The notes beneath the pieces were generated by a model. That model was not told the DNA's origin. It worked only from the letters and a program-made list of their open reading frames with translations, and made no database searches. A DNA stretch of 64,000 nucleotides from a virus. Its lineage: Duplodnaviria > Caudoviricetes. Shown here piece after piece: positions 27,242 to 36,602 of the stretch. The stretch is from the IMG/VR virus record IMGVR_UViG_3300025867_000005; one strand, 5' to 3'. The translations under genes and the position numbers were made by a program. Each line of letters begins with the position of its first letter. Positions within the stretch are counted from its first letter, which is position 1.

Positions 27242-27525
27242 TTGACTAAAAAGAAGTAGTTTGCTAAAGTCTTCCCGTTTTTAAGGATTCCCGCGAACCA
27301 CAGGCTTTCAGATTAAGGATTTGTGTTTTATCTCTGTAAGTCTTAGAAACAGAAGTCTTTACGTATCATGATTTGAAAAACGGTTCGCGCAAGTCATAAA
27401 ATGGTGTAAATCTATTGTTTATGAAGATTGTTCTTTGAAAAGTTATTGATAAATGTTCATCTCATCATGGGTTCGCGGAAACGTGAAAATAAACCCGTGA
27501 TTATCAAGGCCTTAAGTGGCCTACC
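27242..27525 (+). promoter_or_regulatory. CRISPR leader (type I-C-like) with upstream phage sigma70 promoter
   Basis: TTGACT-N17-TAAAGT at 27242-70; CGCGAACC 27292-99 and GGTTCGCG 27382-89, 27470-77; IHF consensus TATCAAGGCCTTA 27502-14. Confidence 0.8.
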
Positions 27526-27953
27526 GTTGCGCCCCGCAGGGGCGCATGAATTGAAACCTGTTTTGGGCGATGCTTGGGGCATTCAACCGGAGTTGCGCCC
27601 CGCAGGGGCGCATGAATTGAAACACAAACGCGCCGTATGTCGCATCTGCTTTCCACGTTGCGCCCCGCAGGGGCGCATGAATTGAAACACAGGCAATACA
27701 GACAAGCCGGTGAAGCACAAGAAGTTGCGCCCCGCAGGGGCGCATGAATTGAAACGAAAAACGCCGGATATACATCTCTAAAAAGACAGTTGCGCCCCGC
27801 AGGGGCGCATGAATTGAAACAGGTTCTCCGGGGTTGGGAACGTCAGATGTGCGAGTTGCGCCCCGCAGGAGCGCATGAATTGAAACTGTGTTACAAATTC
27901 CCAAATCCCTTTAAGATCCTGTTGCGCCCCGCAGGGGGCGCATGAATTGAAAC
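27526..27953 (+). CRISPR. type I-C-like CRISPR array, 7 repeats / 6 spacers
   Basis: 32-bp repeat GTTGCGCCCCGCAGGGGCGCATGAATTGAAAC at 27526, 27592, 27657, 27724, 27789, 27855 (G>A), 27921 (+G); spacers 34, 33, 35, 33, 34, 34 bp. Confidence 0.97.
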
Positions 27954-28064
27954 AGGCAAGCGCAATTCAATTGGCAGAAGCCTACTTGAAGGCAAAATGG
28001 AAATGGAAGGATTAAGATGAACAATGTTCAAATTTTGTGAACACCACCTGTTCAAGGAGGAAAC

Positions 28065-28301
28065 ATGAAAGCAGAAATTACACTCGGAATGATGGCTCCG
28101 AAACCCAGTCGGCAACTTAGAGGGCAAGGCATCGACAAAGAAGCTTTGCGGATTATCGACGGGATTGAAGAAGCCAGACAATGGTTGTACCTCAACCATT
28201 TCATTTCTACGGCGGAAAACGACAAGATCGTCAAGAAGATTTTCCGTATGATTCAGAAAGAAGTTGACAAAGTCTCGGTAAAAAAGAATGAAGCCTATTG
28301 A
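28065..28301 (+). CDS. hypothetical protein
   Basis: AGGAGG RBS. Confidence 0.7.
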   Translation: MKAEITLGMMAPKPSRQLRGQGIDKEALRIIDGIEEARQWLYLNHFISTAENDKIVKKIFRMIQKEVDKVSVKKNEAY

Positions 28302-28369
28302 CATAGGTGCCAGAATTTAGTATCTTAGATGCGTTCAGATGGAATCACTTTAAACGAAGGAGCAATGAA

Positions 28370-29110
28370 ATGATGACAAATGCAATGTTTAATAAGTGTC
28401 TCAATGCTGATAAAAGAGTGTTCATGTCTCTTGATCCAGATGTTCAAGAGGCATTAAGGAATCATGCTGATCATATAGAACTTTTATATGAGGAAACAGA
28501 TATTTGGAAATATATAAAAGGACCATCATTTTGTAGTGTTCTCATATACAGAATTGATCCACGTAAGGAAAACGAACTGACAGAAGATCAGATTTCTCGG
28601 AAGCTTGGGAAATGCAAGAATGCAGAGATGAAAATTTTTGGGAACATGGACCCGGAGATTCAGGAGCTTATGCAGGAAGTTTTTGATCTCTATGGAGATT
28701 CGGCGATTGAAGCCGTTGGTCTCTCTGACGGAATGTGGAGTCTTATTACTCAGCTAGGCATATATACCTCCAAATTGATGCTGCATAAAGGAAGAATTTT
28801 CAGGATTTCTGAAAAATATCTAGAGACCATCAAGAAGGATATGATTAAAAAGGTTGAAGATGATGCCAAAATCGAAGCAATCAACAACGGCCACATCCTT
28901 TCCCCTGTTATTCTTGATATCAACTGCCAGAATTTTTGCTGTGCAGTCCCGAGAGTTGAAAACAACGGGGTTCGGTGTCAATATGATACGATCAGATATC
29001 TTGGCGATGCCAAATTGAGCAAACACTTTGTTAAAATCTGGTATGATCGAATTACCGGAAATCCCACCTTTGTCGAATTCGATATCAAGAAGTATACAAA
29101 TCCAGCTTGA
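28370..29110 (+). CDS. hypothetical protein with duplicated N-terminal domain
   Basis: KCLNADKRVFMSLDPDVQEAL / KCKNAEMKIFGNMDPEIQELM. Confidence 0.7.
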   Translation: MMTNAMFNKCLNADKRVFMSLDPDVQEALRNHADHIELLYEETDIWKYIKGPSFCSVLIYRIDPRKENELTEDQISRKLGKCKNAEMKIFGNMDPEIQELMQEVFDLYGDSAIEAVGLSDGMWSLITQLGIYTSKLMLHKGRIFRISEKYLETIKKDMIKKVEDDAKIEAINNGHILSPVILDINCQNFCCAVPRVENNGVRCQYDTIRYLGDAKLSKHFVKIWYDRITGNPTFVEFDIKKYTNPA

Positions 29111-29131
29111 TGACAAAGAAAGGTAGACATT

Positions 29132-29320
29132 ATGAGTGTTGATTTGAGCAAATGCAAGATTGGCGACACTATGGTTCTGAGGAATGGCGCAAATGCCAAA
29201 ATTGCTCGGTGTTCTGACAACATTTGCCGACTTCTTGATGATAGTACTCCATTCGGGTTTAAAGAACAAGATATCATTGGTCCCAAAGATGCGGTTTTAA
29301 GTTTGAAGTCAAAGGCCTGA
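29132..29320 (+). CDS. hypothetical protein
   Basis: RBS; VDLSKCKIGD..LRNG. Confidence 0.6.
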   Translation: MSVDLSKCKIGDTMVLRNGANAKIARCSDNICRLLDDSTPFGFKEQDIIGPKDAVLSLKSKA

Positions 29321-29429
29321 ATGTTTTTAGCAACATCTATTCAAGGAAACAGGATGCCGCAAGGGGAGCTAAGCGGTTTTTTGAAAAAATCGGTAAAAGT
29401 TATCATATCTTGTCGGACTAGATTCTTAT

Positions 29430-29798
29430 ATGGAAACAGAAAAAACAACTACTGATACTTGGTATCGGGTCAAAGAACAATTATACGCTACCTGCGGGTG
29501 TGATGATGTTTGCCATCACAAGCCAGCTTTGCGTCTAGATGTCTTGGAATTTCGCGTTGTCAAGGCTACCCCTGAAGGCGTTTGGCTGACATCTGTTTAC
29601 AATTGTAAGACATCTGATTTGTCTAAAACCGATAAGTTTTGGGTCGGTACAAAAAACAAGAAAAAGTATGCCTGTCCTACTCTTTGGGAAGCCTATCGGT
29701 CATTTGTCGCAAGAAAGAAAAGACAGATTCAGCTTCTGGAAGGGAAACTTAGCATGGCAAAAGAAGCTTTAGACTTGGTAGAATCGAAGGGGAAATGA
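29430..29798 (+). CDS. hypothetical protein
   Basis: VVKATPEGVWL..YACPT..SFVARK. Confidence 0.7.
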   Translation: METEKTTTDTWYRVKEQLYATCGCDDVCHHKPALRLDVLEFRVVKATPEGVWLTSVYNCKTSDLSKTDKFWVGTKNKKKYACPTLWEAYRSFVARKKRQIQLLEGKLSMAKEALDLVESKGK

Positions 29799-29799
29799 T

Positions 29800-30207
29800 A
29801 TGAGATGCTTTTCGTGTGGAAAAGGGGAATACAAAGAAATCGTCTTCGAAAACTACTTCATCACAGACCCTTTCTACGGGAAATATGTCGTTAAAGACGT
29901 AAGACTTAACAGGTGTACGGCTTGCGGAGATACGCTTTGGGATTCAAAGCCTGCACAGAAAAAGGAAGAAGCACTGGAGCGGATTAAAAAGACATTGCTT
30001 CTAGAAATGCCGGTTTCTGCTTTTGTTCCTGCCAAAGAAGCGGCCAAGATATTAGGAATGTCAATTCCTGCTTTCACCAGGAATCCAAAAGTGTTGCATA
30101 AGGTATTCTGGATTAAAAGGTTCGGGATCAAACTCTATTTAGAACGTTCTCTTCTTCTATTCGCCAAAACAGGGGACGGAAGATTCTATATAGGGAAAGG
30201 GGAATAA
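29800..30207 (+). CDS. YgiT/MqsA-type Zn-finger + HTH protein (antitoxin-like)
   Basis: MRCFSCGKG..VVKDV..RCTACGD; AKEAAKILGMS HTH. Confidence 0.7.
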   Translation: MRCFSCGKGEYKEIVFENYFITDPFYGKYVVKDVRLNRCTACGDTLWDSKPAQKKEEALERIKKTLLLEMPVSAFVPAKEAAKILGMSIPAFTRNPKVLHKVFWIKRFGIKLYLERSLLLFAKTGDGRFYIGKGE

Positions 30208-30352
30208 AACACATGCCGGTAGATGAAGCTGGAATAAGAAAGCTAACTCGGAAAACTATGGATAAAAATATGCGCAAGTGGTGGTATAAGGAAAATGAAA
30301 ACAGAATCAGGCTTGGCAAGAAGCCGATGAAGAAACCTTAAGGAACAAGATT

Positions 30353-30739
30353 ATGGACAAGATTATGGACATGATTAACATCAATGACATGGTGTATGTG
30401 TATCTTACGGAAAGCGGAAAACGCATCATGGAGAGTGAATATGCATGGAGACTGAAGGAACCCTTCTATAACAATAAAACGGGTTTGTATCATGAACAAC
30501 TTTGGACATTGATGCAGGTATTCGGTCCCAAAATGTGGTTGGGATGTCCTGAATTTCCATTCAAAATGGGTCGGATATACTTCTCAAAGCCTGTTGAACA
30601 CAAAGACAATCCTAAATGCATTGGTTGTGAAAAGTTCATGAGCTATTCAGATGATTACCCAGAGGAAGAAAATACGATGCGGAATCCCGACAATTGTACA
30701 AATTATTTGGCAAATAACTGTTGCCCTAAAGGATTTTGA
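30353..30739 (+). CDS. hypothetical protein
   Basis: ININDMVYVYLTESG..QLWTLMQVFG. Confidence 0.7.
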   Translation: MDKIMDMININDMVYVYLTESGKRIMESEYAWRLKEPFYNNKTGLYHEQLWTLMQVFGPKMWLGCPEFPFKMGRIYFSKPVEHKDNPKCIGCEKFMSYSDDYPEEENTMRNPDNCTNYLANNCCPKGF

Positions 30740-30740
30740 T

Positions 30741-31049
30741 ATGAAAAACGAGAATGAAAACAGGGTTCTCTACGTAGAAAATGAAACAGTACAGAGAATC
30801 AAGTTCTATTGTTGTGATATTCTGAATGTCATATTTCTGTTTCTTATGATATGCGCTAGTCCTTTTTTGACAGGATATGCGATCATCCTTACAGCGGCGA
30901 AGGAACTGAACCGGTCATTCCCTCCTGAATTCTTTAATCAAGAAGACTTACCAAAAGTCAATTGGAAAATCACAGCCGTATGTTCGGCCGCCACGATCTT
31001 GTATTATCTGTTTTGGGTGGCTATGATCTTGCTTGTAAAGAAGGCATAA
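30741..31049 (+). CDS. membrane protein
   Basis: two hydrophobic segments. Confidence 0.6.
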   Translation: MKNENENRVLYVENETVQRIKFYCCDILNVIFLFLMICASPFLTGYAIILTAAKELNRSFPPEFFNQEDLPKVNWKITAVCSAATILYYLFWVAMILLVKKA

Positions 31050-31050
31050 T

Positions 31051-31704
31051 ATGGGAATAAGAATCCACAAAAAACTAGGCTGGACGATTCCTGACATAAA
31101 GAAGGATGATTCTAGAATAAACTGGGAATCTATCCGAAAGATAAACGGATGTTCTTCTCCGAAAGAGCTTGTAAGGTTTTCTGAGTGGATACGCGAAAAA
31201 GACAGGAACGAAAAAGAAAGACACAGCATGAACCATCTCGTCTTTAAAATGCCTCCCGGTTTTATTGTCGGACGGGACTTGGTTTATTGCGATGATGAAT
31301 TTGAAGAACTTTTCTTTCTTATCGGAGACGGATGGGAATATAACGGAAGAACTGATGACGGAATTGATTATGTCGAAAATTATCTGAAAAGGGAAAATGG
31401 GAAGAAGGAAATCAGTAATACGTTTGACTTCCTTCCCGATGGTTATTATCCTTATCAGAATTTCTGGATGCTTGCAGAAACCGGAGAACATCTTTATCCC
31501 TTACAAAGATGCGATGGCATTTTTCACTTCGAAAGTGAAGTTTTAGACAATAGATTCGGAAACTTCCCGCAAGAAAAATTAGACAAAATGATCGTCCCTG
31601 AAATTCCTCTTGTCGTTTCTGACATCTGTGAATTCTTCGAAGTGTTTAAAGACAGGAAAACAAAATTACAGCTAAGACCAGTCTTGGCAACTTATTGGAA
31701 TTAA
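31051..31704 (+). CDS. hypothetical protein
   Basis: long packed ORF. Confidence 0.75.
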   Translation: MGIRIHKKLGWTIPDIKKDDSRINWESIRKINGCSSPKELVRFSEWIREKDRNEKERHSMNHLVFKMPPGFIVGRDLVYCDDEFEELFFLIGDGWEYNGRTDDGIDYVENYLKRENGKKEISNTFDFLPDGYYPYQNFWMLAETGEHLYPLQRCDGIFHFESEVLDNRFGNFPQEKLDKMIVPEIPLVVSDICEFFEVFKDRKTKLQLRPVLATYWN

Positions 31705-31705
31705 C

Positions 31706-32068
31706 ATGAAAAGACCGATACAGCCTATTTACAAAGACAAAGATGGAAGACCAAGGTTTGTTAGCAATAAAATTGTGGAACATCTTTTGATGCTTTGCCA
31801 AACCAATGGACTTTGTGACTTATATAAGCTTTCAACGATGGATTTCAGCAATGAAGACAGGGAACAGTTTGCACAACTAATCGGATACTCTCTCAATGGA
31901 TTCAGTGAACTCGGTTTCGTCAGTGATGAAACCTATTATGCGGCACACGATATGTTTGAAAAAGGTCAGACAGAAGAACAGGCAAGACTTGAATATCTTA
32001 GAGAAACGTTGGAAAATGTTAAGATCAATGTCAAACAGCTAAATGAAATCTTAGGGAAACAGGAGTAG
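31706..32068 (+). CDS. conserved phage hypothetical protein
   Basis: QP..RFVSNKIV..DREQFAQLIGYSL. Confidence 0.75.
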   Translation: MKRPIQPIYKDKDGRPRFVSNKIVEHLLMLCQTNGLCDLYKLSTMDFSNEDREQFAQLIGYSLNGFSELGFVSDETYYAAHDMFEKGQTEEQARLEYLRETLENVKINVKQLNEILGKQE

Positions 32069-32073
32069 AAATT

Positions 32074-32499
32074 ATGGAATCTGAAAGTATATTGAAAAGC
32101 ATGGTGTGTTGCGATGTCTTTAAAGTATTGAAGCTTTGCGAAACTGCCATTGAAGAAATCCGAGAAGAAAGGACAAGACTAGAAGAAGTTTTGATCCAGA
32201 ACTTTAAGAACTGTCACAACGCGAAAGCCGACGCAAGGAATAATTCTTTTCTCGGAAGGTTTTACCCGATAGAGAAACTAGAAACAAGAGAAGATGCTGT
32301 TTCTGAAATGGATAGACTCTATGAAAAAACCTATAACCATCAATGGCATTACGGAAACCCTAGATATTGCCATACAAGTTCCTACCGTTGGGAAGAATAT
32401 GCAGAAATCATGAAAATCTTAACTTCTTGCAAAGTGAGCTGTGATGATAAAATTTACCTGTCGCAAGAAGGTGTTGATTTAATCAGTCGGAATTATTAA
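32074..32499 (+). CDS. hypothetical protein
   Basis: AGGAG RBS. Confidence 0.7.
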   Translation: MESESILKSMVCCDVFKVLKLCETAIEEIREERTRLEEVLIQNFKNCHNAKADARNNSFLGRFYPIEKLETREDAVSEMDRLYEKTYNHQWHYGNPRYCHTSSYRWEEYAEIMKILTSCKVSCDDKIYLSQEGVDLISRNY

Positions 32500-32501
32500 C
32501 C

Positions 32502-32750
32502 ATGAAAACGAATTCTGTTTTGAAGAATTACAGGCTTGAATGGCAAGACCGGAATGGTGAATGGAAAACGCAGATTCAAAATGAAGATATCCTATTTTTC
32601 AATTCTGCTGTCCGGAGTCTGGTCTTAACGTCAAAACGGGAAGGTGACTGGATGCAATGGTCGAAATGGAGAATTGCGGAATACGAACTCCGCGAAGTTT
32701 CAACAACCGAATTCATCTATGGACAGACGCCAGTTATTGATTTTCTTTAA
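32502..32750 (+). CDS. hypothetical protein
   Basis: packed ORF. Confidence 0.6.
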   Translation: MKTNSVLKNYRLEWQDRNGEWKTQIQNEDILFFNSAVRSLVLTSKREGDWMQWSKWRIAEYELREVSTTEFIYGQTPVIDFL

Positions 32751-33223
32751 TTCATAACAGTGATGACATCGGCTTCGACATCACCAGGACGCCTACCATC
32801 GATGTCTACAACAGCCTTGCCGAACGGCTTTACAAGTTTAAGCTTGTCATGATTCCTCATCGTAGGATGGGCTTCTACAAGATCTAGGATCGCATCTGTG
32901 ACCTTATCAGGGTTTACGTCACGTAGATCTTTTCTATACTGAGAATGACTAGTCCAGTCGATATCCACTTCCCTATTTCCTACTTGGTATTCGTCTCCCA
33001 ATTCATCTTGAGGATACAGGATTGCGCTATCTTTCAGGTCGATATCATCCCTCGGGTCTTTCGTCTTGTCGTAGGTTCTTACTTTTTCAATCATTTCCTG
33101 TCTTTTTACAGGATTGGAAACCTTTCTTTCTATTCTTCTGATAACATCTTCAACCCTGGCATTGATGATGTCAGATGCCATTCTGCTGATTTTAGATTCT
33201 TCTAAAGTTTTGTTCCTGCGCAT
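32747..33223 (-). CDS. hypothetical protein, lone antisense gene (possibly late/virion)
   Basis: GGAG RBS; fills a gap with no good + strand ORF. Confidence 0.75.
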   Translation of the reverse strand: MRRNKTLEESKISRMASDIINARVEDVIRRIERKVSNPVKRQEMIEKVRTYDKTKDPRDDIDLKDSAILYPQDELGDEYQVGNREVDIDWTSHSQYRKDLRDVNPDKVTDAILDLVEAHPTMRNHDKLKLVKPFGKAVVDIDGRRPGDVEADVITVMN

Positions 33224-33289
33224 TTCTGTAAATCTCCAATAGGTGTCCTGAATATCTTGACGGTATCGAAAAAATTACAGAGGACTTGC

Positions 33290-33318
33290 TTGACAAAATC
33301 GCACGTATTTGGTAATGT
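33290..33318 (+). promoter_or_regulatory. sigma70 promoter, extended -10
   Basis: TTGACA-N17-TAATGT. Confidence 0.8.
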
Positions 33319-33348
33319 ATTGATATCAAAAGAAAGGGAAGGTGGAAT

Positions 33349-33591
33349 ATGGTACTTCATCAGCATCTGAGCGAAGACAAGAAATCAGTGGAATTCGGCA
33401 GGTGGAGCGGAAGCTGTGGAAATGAATACTGGGAAGTTTACTTTCGGGTTCCAGTCATTATCGCTTCCAGCCATCCTGCGTCCGAACCTTCCAGCGTCTT
33501 TGTTGATAACGGTCAACTCGGCGGCGGTAATTGCATCGGGGAAGTCCGGAAGAATGTTTTTTATCCCCTGTGTGACATTCTTAAGGATTAA
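33349..33591 (+). CDS. hypothetical protein
   Basis: promoter plus RBS. Confidence 0.65.
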   Translation: MVLHQHLSEDKKSVEFGRWSGSCGNEYWEVYFRVPVIIASSHPASEPSSVFVDNGQLGGGNCIGEVRKNVFYPLCDILKD

Positions 33592-33596
33592 GAACC

Positions 33597-33791
33597 ATGA
33601 AAAATACTGAATTCCCTTTTCGTCACGGTGAATTTTGGATTGATATCACCTCTAGCGGACATGATCGGGTGAACTGCAATTGCGGTGCCTGTTTGGTTCG
33701 CCAACCCTATATGAACGGTTTGACATGGAATAAAGCCGTTATTGAATTTGAACTGCAACATCTCGAAATGGTAAAGGATGAAATCAAATGA
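33597..33791 (+). CDS. hypothetical protein
   Basis: packed ORF. Confidence 0.6.
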   Translation: MKNTEFPFRHGEFWIDITSSGHDRVNCNCGACLVRQPYMNGLTWNKAVIEFELQHLEMVKDEIK

Positions 33792-34507
33792 ATTTTCTTT
33801 TTTCTGAAGAGAATGATGTCTGGGTAGGAAAGTTTAAAAAGGGTCTTGATTCCGGCTGGTGTGCTATCCCTCTTCATTTGGAAGTCAAAGCACCGAAAAC
33901 CGCATTTGTCTACGGTGTAGGAAATGTCCATATCAAGAACGTGGAAATCCTTCGCTTTAAGGAGTTCAACTATTCTTTCCTTCGTGAAGTCTATGAAAAA
34001 TACGGTTTCGGGGTATTGGCGGTGATGCTTGGAGTCCGGTTTGAAGACATGGCAAGCCGTCAGGCATGGTATTTCCTTCGAGACATTATTTTTGAAGGGA
34101 CTCCCAAGATATTTGACAGATTTCAGCGGGTATTTGATGCAACGATGGCTTTCCAGAAGACACTCAAAGACAAATACGGGTTTGATCAGGCAATTAAGCC
34201 GTATGACAATCGTTGCTATTGTTACGGAGAAATCCCGTTCTTCTACAGTATCCTTCCGATCCATTACATGGGGCACATGGTTGACAGTTTCCCTATCAAG
34301 GCATTTCCTATTTTGGATGTTATCAAATATGAACGTGTTCTCAAATCCTTCATCTGTGCCGCTGTGCTTTCAAAAGTGATTGGACTTCCTGAAGGGGCAG
34401 AAATCAAACCAGACATGTCTGTCAGTCTTCCCGATATGTCTTGCAAGGATATGATTGACCTTATTTTCGGTGCAGGCAATGGTGAGATGATCGAAAAAAC
34501 GTTTTGA
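33788..34507 (+). CDS. hypothetical protein
   Basis: ATGA overlap, long ORF. Confidence 0.7.
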   Translation: MNFLFSEENDVWVGKFKKGLDSGWCAIPLHLEVKAPKTAFVYGVGNVHIKNVEILRFKEFNYSFLREVYEKYGFGVLAVMLGVRFEDMASRQAWYFLRDIIFEGTPKIFDRFQRVFDATMAFQKTLKDKYGFDQAIKPYDNRCYCYGEIPFFYSILPIHYMGHMVDSFPIKAFPILDVIKYERVLKSFICAAVLSKVIGLPEGAEIKPDMSVSLPDMSCKDMIDLIFGAGNGEMIEKTF

Positions 34508-34575
34508 CAGACTTGACATCATAACATTGTTTTGCTATTGTATCGGACATCGGAACCAAAAGAAAGGCTGATGTT

Positions 34576-35187
34576 ATGGAATACAGAATTTGCGATTGGG
34601 AAGACAACGGATATAACGACAGTTATTTCTATGTCGGAATTTGGGATACAGAGAAGCACGAAATCCGTAGCGTGATGTATGGTTCAACGGCTTTCGGAGG
34701 AGGAACCCCTCTTAACACTTGGCCGATGTTGAAGGACGCAGATCCGGCAATCAAACAAGAATTCAAGGAATGGTATGTAAAGACCGTCTCCAAACAGTGT
34801 TTTGATGCCAATGACGCCAATCGTAATGAACCAAAATCTATCGGGCTTAGAGAAGATGTTATCATTATCCGTGACGTTAAGAAGATGAAGCCCGATAAGA
34901 AGACGATTCCTTCCGGAACCCGCGGTCGTGTGTTTTGGATTGCTAGTTACGGAAAGTTTTATGCCAAGGGATACAACAAACCTAACAGGAACAATACGAG
35001 CATCGGTATCGAGACCAATGACGGAGAACGTCTTTTCATCCCTCTTAATAGCGTAAGTCTTGACAAAGAAATTGAACCTATTGAAGAGATTGAAAACAGA
35101 ATCAAAATGACGGTTGAACAGAAAATTGCGACTGTCGGACCTCTGACGGGATGCCGGTCTTGGTTGTCTGGCGAATATTGGAACTAA
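34576..35187 (+). CDS. hypothetical protein
   Basis: promoter 34513; NGYNDSYFY..GTRGRVFW. Confidence 0.75.
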   Translation: MEYRICDWEDNGYNDSYFYVGIWDTEKHEIRSVMYGSTAFGGGTPLNTWPMLKDADPAIKQEFKEWYVKTVSKQCFDANDANRNEPKSIGLREDVIIIRDVKKMKPDKKTIPSGTRGRVFWIASYGKFYAKGYNKPNRNNTSIGIETNDGERLFIPLNSVSLDKEIEPIEEIENRIKMTVEQKIATVGPLTGCRSWLSGEYWN

Positions 35188-35601
35188 GGAGAAAAATGAA
35201 TAAAGAAGAAATCTTGTTTAAGACAGTTAAGGCGCTTACGATTTACGGATGGCAGGTTAAAGAAACTGAAGAAGGGTGGCTTTGGACTTCCGCGACAGAC
35301 GAAAAGATTCTCTGTCAAGACTGTATCGAAGACATCCCTGTTTTCCCTGAAGGATTTGAACCTTAAGGAGACAAGAATGAACGAATTTTCTATCAGGTGT
35401 GTAAAAGAAGGAAAAGAATTCCTAATCTATTCGGATACAGAGACCGGAACTAAAATAGGTTTGGAATATCTTAAGGACATTTGCAAATCTGATGATTTTA
35501 CGCACGGCAATGCGGAACTTTTCCCGTGTAACGGCAGCAGTGAACGGTGGGGTATCCGTTGCATTCCAAAACGTTAGGATGATCTAGACTGGACACGAAT
35601 A

Positions 35602-35886
35602 ATGACAATGCTTTCACGCGGTTTAAAACCATACGGAAATATCAAAGACGGAAAACAAATCCGTATTATTAGCCATATCCGTAAAGATAAGATTGAAATT
35701 TCAGAAGAGGAATACGACGAATATGTCTGTGATGTTTACGTAGACCTCTTCGGTGATTTTTATATGCCTAGTTTTTGTTTGGATAGAGGGATTGAATGCC
35801 GCCTATCCTGTCTTTCAGAAGATGGATATCGGCGCTCCTACGATTATCGACGAATTGTAAATTATGAACGGATTTGGAAAGAATGA
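35602..35886 (+). CDS. hypothetical protein
   Basis: packed ORF. Confidence 0.55.
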   Translation: MTMLSRGLKPYGNIKDGKQIRIISHIRKDKIEISEEEYDEYVCDVYVDLFGDFYMPSFCLDRGIECRLSCLSEDGYRRSYDYRRIVNYERIWKE

Positions 35887-36161
35887 AAGATCGAAACGTT
35901 AGACGGAAACAGAAACGCAAGTTCTTCAAGAAGGCTTTGAAGATTATCAGGGATTCTTGGGTAGGTGATTATGCCACTTCCGAAGAAATGGAACAATTTG
36001 CACACAGGATTGAGAAGAACCGGAAATCGTGCAGTTGTCAAAAGTGCAGGAATCCTAGATACAGCAACGGCTATAAGGGTGACGGAAAATTGACAAAGCA
36101 GGAACTTCTCGAAAACCTGAGGGAGAAAGAAGAAGATGGAAAACACGGAAACCTGGATTAG
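35883..36161 (+). CDS. basic Cys-cluster protein
   Basis: CSCQKCRNPR..TKQE. Confidence 0.65.
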   Translation: MKDRNVRRKQKRKFFKKALKIIRDSWVGDYATSEEMEQFAHRIEKNRKSCSCQKCRNPRYSNGYKGDGKLTKQELLENLREKEEDGKHGNLD

Positions 36162-36549
36162 CATTGAAGACTGTCAACATGGCGGCGTTTATGAAGTCGA
36201 TGCCAGGAATTTTAGCCTTGCCGCCTATAACTCAGAAATCAAGTCGTTTATCGGTATTAGATATAAATTCGGTTCTACTTTTCTAGACGAAGAAGAACAT
36301 TGGGATATGGGGGCTCCGCACGGAACCGTAAAGCCTATCCGATTCATTCAGATGCTTCCTGAAGGTATTCCCCCTGTTGAAATCATTAAGAAAGTAGATT
36401 CTAGAACCGGTGAAGGAATCCACTATATTGAAGGAGAAGAAACAATCGGCCTGTATGTTGATAAGAATGGGGAAATTGTTGATTTCAAATATGTTCGACA
36501 CGTTACCAATACCGCACTTTTTGAATTCTTGAAAAACTTTAAGCCCTGA
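36136..36549 (+). CDS. hypothetical protein
   Basis: FIGIRYKFG..EHWD..GTVKP. Confidence 0.7.
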   Translation: MENTETWISIEDCQHGGVYEVDARNFSLAAYNSEIKSFIGIRYKFGSTFLDEEEHWDMGAPHGTVKPIRFIQMLPEGIPPVEIIKKVDSRTGEGIHYIEGEETIGLYVDKNGEIVDFKYVRHVTNTALFEFLKNFKP

Positions 36550-36602
36550 CTTGACAGGCTAGTTTTGTTATGGTAATGTATTGTCATTGAAAGGAACAAA
36601 CC

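Noticed and set aside
27428-27904. ORFs 27428-27685 (+) and 27521-27904 (-) with repeated peptides
   Set aside because: They are translations of the CRISPR repeats, not genes.
27558-27920. Self-targeting by CRISPR spacers
   Set aside because: No match was found by eye inside this window. This is not exhaustive and needs an alignment.
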